Below, in pieces: positions 1 to 8,124 of a stretch of DNA of 48,163 nt. Below the pieces are notes generated by a model, which was given only the letters and a program-made list of their open reading frames with translations, did no database searches and was not told where the DNA came from. This DNA is from Candidatus Xenobia bacterium (GTDB lineage Bacteria; Vulcanimicrobiota; Xenobia; Xenobiales; QWHO01): positions 1 to 48,163 of the forward strand of contig BTUM01000061.1 in assembly GCA_045863235.1 (NCBI GenBank), read 5' to 3'. How positions within the stretch are numbered: position 1 is the stretch's first letter; each line of letters starts with the position of its first letter. Position numbers and translations under genes: made by a program.

Positions 1-42
1 CAGCGCGTCGGGCCAGGGCACGCGGGTGGAGTTCTCCCTGCC

Positions 43-3000
43 ATGATTGCAGAGCGTTTTATTCTGGAGAGCTGCCTCAAAGAGGCGGCCGGGGTGGCCA
101 CCTGGCTGGGCGTCGACCGGACCGATCGCCGCCAGGTCGTGGTGAAGCTGGCCCCTGAGCGGCCCGGGCTCTGGTTGAGGATTGGCCACGAGGCCGAGGT
201 GCTCGGCCGGCTGGAGGCGATCGGGATCCCCAGGCTGCGCGCCTGTGGGCGATCCGACCACGGCATGTTCGTGGCCACGGATTACGTCCCTGGCTCGACC
301 TTGCGCGAGTGGCTCGACTCGGGAGGCGTTCTTGAATGGAGGGAGGCCTTGCGGCTCATGCAAGGCTTGCTGGAAACGCTTGGCTGCGCCCACCGGTTAG
401 GCATTCTGCACCGGGACGTCAAACCGGAGAATCTGGTGCTAGCGGACGATCGCCTGGTGGTGATCGATTGGGGCCTGTCCCGCAGCGAGCAGTTGCACGG
501 GACGCTCCGCGACGTGCCGGCAGGAAGCTTGCGCTACATGGCGCCGGAGCTGGCCGGGCTCTTCGCGTGCGACGTTGGCCCCGCGGCCGATCTCTACTCT
601 GCGGGCGCGGTGCTGTTCGAGCTCCTGGTCGGTCACCCCCCTTACCCGGGCGCCACCGTGGGAGAGGTCCTGCGGGGTCAGCTCTCCGCTCCCGTCCCTT
701 CGGTGCTGAAGCTGAGGCCGGACCTCCCAATGGCTCTAGATGAGTTGCTCGGCCAGCTGCTGGCCAAGGATCCGGCCGAACGGCACGCGGACGCCGACGA
801 GACTGTCGCCCACGTCTGCGCCCTCCGGGAAGGTCGGTCGGCACCACCGCGTAGGACGTCTCAACCCCCGACCCGGCTGCCCCTGGTGGGACGCCAGCCA
901 GAGTTGACCCTGCTGCAGGTCGAGTTGGCCCGCATCGCCAGCGGAGGCTCGGGCATGGTACTCCTGAAGGCTCCCTCGGGAGGAGGCAAGAGCCGTCTGC
1001 TCGAGGCGTTCTCCGCTCAAGCCGCCGGGATGGGGGCTCGGGTGTGGACCGGCCAGGGCCTCAGACAATGCGGCACCTTGCCGTACCAGTTGCTGGCGGG
1101 AGTCTTCTACGACCTGGTGCAACTGGGAGAGCCGGACCTGTGGGGTCGGATCGCCCGCACCCTCGGCCCCCTGGCCGAGGCGGCCTGCGCCATCGTTCCG
1201 GGGCTGGCTTCCTGCCTCGGCCTGGAAGCTGCGGAGCCGGACTCCGTTCCGAAGTCGGTGGCCTCCAATCGAGCCATGCTCGCCCTCTCGGCCCTGCTGG
1301 AAGCTCTAGGAGAACCGGGGCATCCCGCGGTATTGCTCCTGGACGACGTGCAGTGGGCCGACCCGGTCAGCCTCCGGTTCCTCTCCGTCCTGCACCGGGC
1401 GGGAGTGCCCGCCTACGTCATGGTGGTGCTCGCCGCGCGCACCGAGGAGCTCCCCGATCCCCTGCCCTCGGTAAGTCTGGTGAATCTGGAGCCGCTCGAC
1501 ACCGCCGTGGTCTCAGCGGCGGCCGAGCAGGCGCTCGGCCCGCTCCCTTCGCAAGCCACGGAGTGGATTTGTACCCAGTCCCAGGGCAATCCGCTGCTGA
1601 TCACCGAGTGCATCCGGGGCTGGGCCGCGCATGGCGCCCCCGCTCTTACGGAGCGTGCTGTCAACTTGATGGCCCGTCGACTCGAGCGCCTTCCCGACGA
1701 AGACCTTCAGGTGCTGAAGGTCGCTGCCGTGCTCGGGCGCTCCTTCGACAGCACAGCGTTGCCCGGCATGCTGGAGCGTCCTCTGGCGGCGGTGCTGGAT
1801 AGCCTCGAGAGAGCTCGGAAAGACGGCATCATCTGGCGAGAGCGCATCGGCCTGCAATTTCGGTTTGCCCATGACCGGTTACGCGAAGCCTTCGTGGACA
1901 TGCTCTCGGGGGATCAAAGGCAACAGCTCCACCGGATGGCAGCAGGTGCCGGGGGCGACAGCTTCGCGCTGGCCTATCACTACCACGCCGCCGGGTTCCT
2001 GCACGAGGCGGCGGGGCACGCCCGGGTGGCAGCCGACGAGGCGCGTCAACGCTTAGACTTCGCGACGGCCGAGCTGCACTTTCGGATTGTCCTCGAGGCG
2101 GATCCCTCTGACCTGGACGCCTGGATCTCTTTGGGTGAAATGCTGCGTTGCCTGGGCCGCTACCGCGAGGCCCTGACCGCTTACGAGGAGGCGATCCGAG
2201 GAGAGCTTCCCTCGCTGATCGCGGCCCGGGTCGAGTTCGCGATGGGCGAGGTCTATTTCCAACTCGGGGACCTGGACCGCAGCACGAAATCCCATGCTCG
2301 GTGCCTACAAAGGCTCGGCTATCGACGGCCGAGCTGGTGGGAGGTCCTGGTCGGGTCCCGGCCCCTCGATACCGATCCCGGTCTGACACTGAGATGCCTG
2401 GAGGCGCTGATCATGAACCTGTGGCATGACCGCCGGTTCCCGGCGGCCATGGTGACCATGGTCGAGGCCTTGCAAAGGACCAGCTACGGGGGCTTGGGGG
2501 GAGCAGACGCCCTCTTTACAGCCACGCTTGCGGCCGCCTTCGCTAGCCAATCCGCGACCCGCGGATTGGCCGTCACGCTGGGCCGCAGGGCGATTGCCCA
2601 TCTCGACGGGCAAAGCCCGGATTGGGTCACAGGGCGCACGCTCGCGCGGGCCCACCTGGCCTGCCTGGACGATCTGCCGGCGCGGCGCGTAATTGCAGTC
2701 TATGATGCGGCGGCCGAGAGACTGTTGAGTGCGGGTGACCTGTGGGAATACGCCATGGCGACGTACGTGGGCGGGCTGGTCCGCTACGCACAGGGGGAGT
2801 TTGACCTGCTGGAGGCCCAGGGTCGCTTCCTGTTCACCCGTTCTGCAGGGCTGGAAGATCCCCGCGCGCGCGCCATCGGTCTTTGTCTCTGGGCCCGCGG
2901 CACCGGTGGCCAGGTTCCCCTGAAGGTGGTGGAAACCGCCCTGGAGGGAGCCGGCGATTTGGACGCTATCACCCGCACGCAACTGACTCTGGGTGCCGTT

Positions 3001-4839
3001 GTTGTGCTGCTCCGCACCGGCCAGTTCGAGCGGGCGGCGAGTTTTTGCTCTGAGGACCGGGTCGTTCCGTTCGGGCTTGAAAGCGCCTTGCGGGCGTCCT
3101 GGCAGGCCACCGCCTGGAGATTAGCCGGCCAGGACTTGCCCGTGCCGCAGGACTGGCGGCGCCGTTCTCTGTTGCGCAAAGCGACGCGGGCTGCGCGCAC
3201 AGCCGTGACGCTGGCCCGTCGTCATTTCCCTTTGGCCTTGCCGCACGCGCTGCGGGAAGCCGGGCTGCTGGCGGCGTTTGCGGGGAGGAGCCACCTGGCT
3301 CACAAACACCTGACCGAGAGTTTGCGCCGCGCGGAGGTCCTGGAGCACCACTACGAGGCAGCTTGGACCCGCCTGGAATGGGCTCGCCTGCGCCTGGGCG
3401 AGGGCGAGGTTGCTGCCCGAAGGGATTTGGACCGAGCCCTGTCGGACCTGCGGCGCATGGGAGCCCACTGGCACCTGGAAGACTCACCACCGGAGCCTGC
3501 GCCCCTTTCGCCTGTCCACGGGTTCACGCAGCTGGTGCAGTGGGGCCGGCGGCTGGTCGCCTGTCTGTCCGAGTCGGATGTTCACACCTTCCTGCTGGAA
3601 GCAGCCAGGGCTCTTCTTCCGGCGGAGACGTGCCGACTGGCCGATCAGGACGAGAGGACTCGAGGGGGTGCGGTGGTCCTCGACTCCAGCGGAGTCAGGT
3701 CGGTGTTGTGCGCCCCCATCCTCGTGCTCGGAAGACCCGCCGGTTGTCTGCTGGCCTTCCACCGAGCCGTGGGCGCCACGTTCGGGCCCAATGACCCGGC
3801 CATCGCGGAGTATCTCGTCCGGCTGGCGGGAACAGCGCTGGAGAACGCTCGCCGCCTGAAAGAGCGCGAGGCGACTCAGGCCGCTCTCGAGGACAGCGAG
3901 CGGCGACTCCGGGCCGTATTTGAGCTCTCCGGGGCTGGTCTGGCGCGCCTATCGGCCTCCGGCTCTGTGCTGGAATCCAATTCGACCCTGGACCGGATGG
4001 TCGGCCGTCAATGCAAGGGGATGGAATGGGCTCATCTGGTTCAACCGGAGGAGGGTGGCCCGGACTTTGTCCTGCGCCACGCCAGCGGCTCCGCGCAGCG
4101 CGTCCAGGTGACCTGTTCTGATGAGATGGAACCGATTGTCACGGTCACTGACCTGACGCACCGCTGGCAGAACCTGCTTGCGGCCCTTCAGAGCGACGAG
4201 GCCGAGCTGTGCCAATCGCGAGTCAGGCAGCTCATCCTGGCTCCGCTGGAGCAGCTTCGAGCGAAACTGCCGCCAGAAGAGGCTTCCAGCTCTCTGCTGG
4301 CTGAAATCCTGGCCGAGATCGAGCAACTTGCAGGTGGCTTGCGCGGTATGAAGGACAGGCCTCTGAGCATCGTGGCCCTGGTGAGCAATTTTGAGAAGAC
4401 GATGGACATCGAGCTCGAGTACGCGATTGAGGAGCCTGTCGGCTCGGGGCTGTGCTTCAGGTTCGCCTATCGGCTGATCCAGGAAGCGCTCAACAACGTT
4501 GCCCGCCATTCCCGAGCCTGCAAGGTCGCCGTGAGCCTGAAAGCTTCGTCGGGCTGGCTCGAAGGCAGCGTGGAGGACAACGGGAAGGGCTTCGAGTCTT
4601 TCACGACGGCCTCCTCAGGACGGCTGCATTACGGCCTCGAAGGAATGCGGTTCCGGGCCGAGCTGCTGGGGGGCCTTTTGCAGGTCAATTCCGCTCCCGG
4701 CCAGGGAACCGTCGTGCGCTTCCGACTGCCGGTGACCGAAGGGATAGATCTTTGCGACCGAACGGACAGAGTTGCCAGCACCCCCGGGTCTTCTTCGCGA
4801 GAAGCTCGACCTGATACTCTGGGACCAGTTGGGGACTGA
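43..4839 (+). CDS. Hybrid sensor: Ser/Thr protein kinase + AAA ATPase + TPR + GAF/PAS-like + HATPase_c
   Basis: 1598-aa ORF. Kinase motifs HRDVKPEN, DWG, YMAPE; Walker A APSGGGKS; Walker B LLLDDVQWAD; FAHDRLRE; C-terminal QEALNNVARHS, DNGKGF, GLEGMRFRAELLGG typical of NarX-class HATPase. Confidence 0.9.
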   Translation: MIAERFILESCLKEAAGVATWLGVDRTDRRQVVVKLAPERPGLWLRIGHEAEVLGRLEAIGIPRLRACGRSDHGMFVATDYVPGSTLREWLDSGGVLEWREALRLMQGLLETLGCAHRLGILHRDVKPENLVLADDRLVVIDWGLSRSEQLHGTLRDVPAGSLRYMAPELAGLFACDVGPAADLYSAGAVLFELLVGHPPYPGATVGEVLRGQLSAPVPSVLKLRPDLPMALDELLGQLLAKDPAERHADADETVAHVCALREGRSAPPRRTSQPPTRLPLVGRQPELTLLQVELARIASGGSGMVLLKAPSGGGKSRLLEAFSAQAAGMGARVWTGQGLRQCGTLPYQLLAGVFYDLVQLGEPDLWGRIARTLGPLAEAACAIVPGLASCLGLEAAEPDSVPKSVASNRAMLALSALLEALGEPGHPAVLLLDDVQWADPVSLRFLSVLHRAGVPAYVMVVLAARTEELPDPLPSVSLVNLEPLDTAVVSAAAEQALGPLPSQATEWICTQSQGNPLLITECIRGWAAHGAPALTERAVNLMARRLERLPDEDLQVLKVAAVLGRSFDSTALPGMLERPLAAVLDSLERARKDGIIWRERIGLQFRFAHDRLREAFVDMLSGDQRQQLHRMAAGAGGDSFALAYHYHAAGFLHEAAGHARVAADEARQRLDFATAELHFRIVLEADPSDLDAWISLGEMLRCLGRYREALTAYEEAIRGELPSLIAARVEFAMGEVYFQLGDLDRSTKSHARCLQRLGYRRPSWWEVLVGSRPLDTDPGLTLRCLEALIMNLWHDRRFPAAMVTMVEALQRTSYGGLGGADALFTATLAAAFASQSATRGLAVTLGRRAIAHLDGQSPDWVTGRTLARAHLACLDDLPARRVIAVYDAAAERLLSAGDLWEYAMATYVGGLVRYAQGEFDLLEAQGRFLFTRSAGLEDPRARAIGLCLWARGTGGQVPLKVVETALEGAGDLDAITRTQLTLGAVVVLLRTGQFERAASFCSEDRVVPFGLESALRASWQATAWRLAGQDLPVPQDWRRRSLLRKATRAARTAVTLARRHFPLALPHALREAGLLAAFAGRSHLAHKHLTESLRRAEVLEHHYEAAWTRLEWARLRLGEGEVAARRDLDRALSDLRRMGAHWHLEDSPPEPAPLSPVHGFTQLVQWGRRLVACLSESDVHTFLLEAARALLPAETCRLADQDERTRGGAVVLDSSGVRSVLCAPILVLGRPAGCLLAFHRAVGATFGPNDPAIAEYLVRLAGTALENARRLKEREATQAALEDSERRLRAVFELSGAGLARLSASGSVLESNSTLDRMVGRQCKGMEWAHLVQPEEGGPDFVLRHASGSAQRVQVTCSDEMEPIVTVTDLTHRWQNLLAALQSDEAELCQSRVRQLILAPLEQLRAKLPPEEASSSLLAEILAEIEQLAGGLRGMKDRPLSIVALVSNFEKTMDIELEYAIEEPVGSGLCFRFAYRLIQEALNNVARHSRACKVAVSLKASSGWLEGSVEDNGKGFESFTTASSGRLHYGLEGMRFRAELLGGLLQVNSAPGQGTVVRFRLPVTEGIDLCDRTDRVASTPGSSSREARPDTLGPVGD

Positions 4840-4846
4840 AGTGGAA

Positions 4847-5488
4847 ATGATTCGCGTCATGCTGGTGGATGATCATCGCCTTCTTCGGCAAGCCTTGAAA
4901 CCACTGCTGGAGTCCAGCGGGGAGATCCTGGTTGTAGCCGAGGCCGGTCGGTTGTCGGAAGCGCTGCGGGAGATCTCGCAGCTGGAGGTGGACGTTCTTA
5001 TCGCCGATATCGCGATGCCCGATGGGTCAGGCCTCGATCTGGTTCAGCAGGTTGAGGAGATTCGCCCGGGCTTACCGTTCCTCTTCCTCACCATGTGTCT
5101 CGATGATCGGACGGTGGTGGAAGCGGTGGACGCCGGGGCCAGAGGGATCGTTCCCAAATCGGCCGACATTGAGGATTTGATGGCCGCCATTCGAACTGTG
5201 GCGGCCGGCGACTTTTACATTCATAGCCAGGTCGCTGGCGCACTGATGCGGCAGGTTCGCCATCGCGCCCAGTCGGTCGACCCCCTGACCGGGCGAGAGC
5301 GCCTGATTCTGACCTACCTGGCCCAGGGCCTGCGTACCGGGGCGCTGGCCGTCAGACTGTCGGTCTCTGAGAGCACGGTCAAGGCTCATCTGCGCTCCTT
5401 GTATCAGAAGCTTGGCGTTACACACCGCACGGAAGCAGTCCTCCGGGCCGTGGAGTTGGGCCTGGTTTCTCCTCAAATCGGGAGCTAA
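4847..5488 (+). CDS. NarL/LuxR-family response regulator
   Basis: MIRVMLVDDH...ADIAMPDGSG receiver and LTGRE...SESTVKAHL LuxR HTH. ATG at 4847 follows the kinase stop after a 7-nt gap. Confidence 0.93.
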   Translation: MIRVMLVDDHRLLRQALKPLLESSGEILVVAEAGRLSEALREISQLEVDVLIADIAMPDGSGLDLVQQVEEIRPGLPFLFLTMCLDDRTVVEAVDAGARGIVPKSADIEDLMAAIRTVAAGDFYIHSQVAGALMRQVRHRAQSVDPLTGRERLILTYLAQGLRTGALAVRLSVSESTVKAHLRSLYQKLGVTHRTEAVLRAVELGLVSPQIGS

Positions 5489-5562
5489 CTTGCCAGGCCA
5501 ATGTCTTGCGGGAGGCCAAGTTCCCCAACCCCGGATTAGCCCAGCCCCACCAGGGAGTCCGC

Positions 5563-6204
5563 TCAAGGGAGCTCGCCAATCGGGATAAAGAACCCCGTGT
5601 CCACAGCCGGCTCGGGCTCGCGTTTCCGCTCGCTCTCGCGCACTCGAGCCACCCCGCCCTCTCGGACCAGGAAGCCCTTCTCCTCGAGGCCCGCGCGCCA
5701 CAGGTCGGATACCACGTCGCGCTGCATGACTTCGGCTGGCTCGACCGGGACGTTGGTGCCGAACGAGGCCAGCCCGCACGAGTGCACCGAGACCAGCTTG
5801 CCTCGATAGCTCGAGCCCTCCACCACGCAATCCAGGTCGGAATGAGCGCCCAGTCGCCCCTTCACGGCGCTTCCGGTGAGGTAGATACGGCGCCCGGCGT
5901 GCTCCATGAGCTCAGCTGCGACCTCTTTAAGCTCGGCGTCGAGTTGCTCGACCCGCTCGCGTACTTCCGAGTCGGTGTAGGGTTTCTCCAGGTCACGGAC
6001 GAGCTTGTCCGCCCAGCGCCACTCCTGGCGCCCGACGGCATATCCCGAGCGCGGGCTGGCCTCGTCCCGGTCAAGCCTGGCGACGAACTCGTCCGGGAAA
6101 TGAACGAGATATGTGGCCAGGTTTTCGCGTAGCAAAAGATGGCGCTCGAGGGGCACGCGGGCCCTCGTCATCAGCTTGCCGGCGACATCCCAATGGCGAT
6201 CCAC
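5563..6204 (-). CDS. Nucleotidyltransferase-domain protein (Pol beta/MNT-like)
   Basis: IYLTGSAVKGRLGAHSDLDCVV matches GS-x10-DxD. GTG start sits 6 nt after TACACT. Confidence 0.7.
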   Translation of the reverse strand: MDRHWDVAGKLMTRARVPLERHLLLRENLATYLVHFPDEFVARLDRDEASPRSGYAVGRQEWRWADKLVRDLEKPYTDSEVRERVEQLDAELKEVAAELMEHAGRRIYLTGSAVKGRLGAHSDLDCVVEGSSYRGKLVSVHSCGLASFGTNVPVEPAEVMQRDVVSDLWRAGLEEKGFLVREGGVARVRESERKREPEPAVDTGFFIPIGELP

Positions 6205-6294
6205 AGGCAGAGTGTAAGCGCGGGCCCTGAAAATAGGCTGACCACGGTAGTGTGGCGAGTTCCCAGTCGTCGTGAGGTTTGACAGCAGACGACT

Positions 6295-6675
6295 TCACTC
6301 CGGAAAAGATTGCAGAGAGGGGGCCTTCAGGGCCTGCCACAGCCACAGCCCCGTCAGTCCTCCGGCCAGCGCGGCCCCGGCCACAGGAAGTCCGCCCAGG
6401 GATCCGAGGAGGGCCACCGCTGCCCCGACACCTGCCCCCAGCATAGTTGACGGCAGGGCTCGCCAGGACAGCTTCTCACAGAAAGTCAGCTGGCGAGTGT
6501 GGACGGTGCACCGGTTGTTCTTCAGGTCCAGTTGGTACCGGGCGTGGAAGTCGTTGGCGCGACCGGCGATCCGCTCGCGCCTCCAGTGGTCGCCGTTCTT
6601 ACACCGGTACGTTCCTCGAGCGCTCCGCTCAGACAAAACCTTGACCCGCTCATGCAAACCTGTCCTGGCATTCAC
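6295..6675 (-). CDS. Small membrane protein with C-terminal glycine-zipper helices
   Basis: Non-overlapping 3' part of the 6295..7539 frame, taken from GTG at 6675. C-terminus LGAGVGAAVALLGSLGGLPVAGAALAGGLTGLWLW. Fills the gap between two genes. Confidence 0.5.
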   Translation of the reverse strand: MNARTGLHERVKVLSERSARGTYRCKNGDHWRRERIAGRANDFHARYQLDLKNNRCTVHTRQLTFCEKLSWRALPSTMLGAGVGAAVALLGSLGGLPVAGAALAGGLTGLWLWQALKAPSLQSFPE

Positions 6676-6720
6676 AAATCGGTAATCTTCCCGGACTGGG
6701 GGCTGGATTATTCTGCGGGC

Positions 6721-7419
6721 ATGATGATTCAGATGCGCCCTCTCGAGGGCAAAAAGATAATGATCGACCCCGGCCATGGGGGGCCGGATCCCGGAGCCAT
6801 CGGTCAGGCCGGAGCGGAAGAGGAGGACGTGGCCCTGGCCATGTCCCAGAAGCTCCAGGAGGACCTTACGGCGCTGGGTGCCGAGGTGCGCCTCACGCGC
6901 ACGACCGACAGCGCGGTGCTGCCCGGTGGAAGTAAGTCGGAAGATCTCCAAGAGCGGTGCAATATGTCCAACCGCTGGGGCGCCGACCTGTTCATCAGCA
7001 TGCACTGCAACTCCGCCGAGAATCAGAACGCAGTGGGGACCGAAACCTACCACGCGCGCAACGCCAGCTCCAAGTCCAAGATCGCCGCCCGCCTGGTGCA
7101 GAACCAGACCGGTCAGCTCTTGCCCAACCGCGGAGTCAAGCAGGCCAACTTCCACGTCATCGTGCACACCAACGCTCCCGCCATCCTGGTGGAGACGGCC
7201 TTCATCTCCAACCGGGGCGAGGAGGCCCTGCTGGTGGACAACGGCTTCCAGGATCGCTTTTGCGAGCACGTTGCGGCCGGGGTGGCCAACTACCTGACCA
7301 TGGCCGAGAACATCAAGACGGTGGCTCCTCGCCCCGACCCGGGCGAGATGGACGACGAGTCCAACTGGGATCCGGAAAAGCCCAATCAGGCTGGTCAGGA
7401 GTACCTGCTGGCCGGGTAG
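6721..7419 (+). CDS. N-acetylmuramoyl-L-alanine amidase (Amidase_3)
   Basis: IMIDPGHGGPDPGA, EEDVAL, FISMHCNS, AILVETAFISN zinc-amidase motifs. No obvious signal peptide. Confidence 0.93.
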   Translation: MMIQMRPLEGKKIMIDPGHGGPDPGAIGQAGAEEEDVALAMSQKLQEDLTALGAEVRLTRTTDSAVLPGGSKSEDLQERCNMSNRWGADLFISMHCNSAENQNAVGTETYHARNASSKSKIAARLVQNQTGQLLPNRGVKQANFHVIVHTNAPAILVETAFISNRGEEALLVDNGFQDRFCEHVAAGVANYLTMAENIKTVAPRPDPGEMDDESNWDPEKPNQAGQEYLLAG

Positions 7420-7440
7420 GCTGCATTCGAGGCTCACTCC

Positions 7441-7470
7441 AGAAAGGGCGGTTCGAAAACCGCCCTTTCT
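7441..7470. terminator. Intrinsic terminator hairpin, probably bidirectional
   Basis: AGAAAGGGCGGTT-CGAA-AACCGCCCTTTCT perfect stem between convergent genes, just after the amidase stop. Confidence 0.8.
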
Positions 7471-7573
7471 GTTTCCGAGAAGGGCCGAGGCACCTGCCAG
7501 GGCCGTAAAATTCGGGCGTAAGCGCCGACCAAACTGCAACGCCGTTGTAGAAGTTCGGCCCCCTACAACACTT

Positions 7574-7930
7574 CTAGCGGTTGAGCAACAGGTTGAGTGG
7601 GGAACCCGCCGCCGGGAGCGGGGGAGCGGCCGGGCCCGCCTGGGCCTGGAGGGCCGTCATCGCGGTCAGGAGTGCCTCCTGGAGGATGGCCGCCGCCGGT
7701 GAGCCCGTCGAACCAGCGCCCGCACCCGGATAGGGCGAGCCGTTCATGCGCGCTACCATCCCTGTCAGGCCCCGCATGTCCATCATTCCGATCGAGAGAG
7801 CGTTGGCCTGGGCGTTCAGCAACGCCTGGCCCTGAAAGACGGCGCTTCCCATCCAGTCGAAGCCACCGAGCGCGGCGCTGGGCGTATAGTAGGAGTTGGT
7901 GTTGGAAAAGGGCGTGCTTGCACCGATCAT
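7574..7930 (-). CDS. Hypothetical low-complexity Ala/Gly/Met-rich protein (118 aa)
   Basis: ATG at 7930 preceded by AAAGGAG; fills the intergenic space; no recognisable domain. Confidence 0.6.
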   Translation of the reverse strand: MIGASTPFSNTNSYYTPSAALGGFDWMGSAVFQGQALLNAQANALSIGMMDMRGLTGMVARMNGSPYPGAGAGSTGSPAAAILQEALLTAMTALQAQAGPAAPPLPAAGSPLNLLLNR

Positions 7931-8124
7931 CGTCAGAGGTCTCCTTTCCCGGGACCGACCTCCACCCTCAGCATACTCGGTGCTGAGCGGCCAGACCGGT
8001 CCAGCCTGCCACCCACAGCATACTCTCGGCGTGGCGAGCACGGGGAGGGCCAACTGTTAAGAGACTGTGATCGGTGTTAACCTTTGTCGCCTTCCGAATG
8101 CGATTTTCCGGTGGCGAACCCGAG

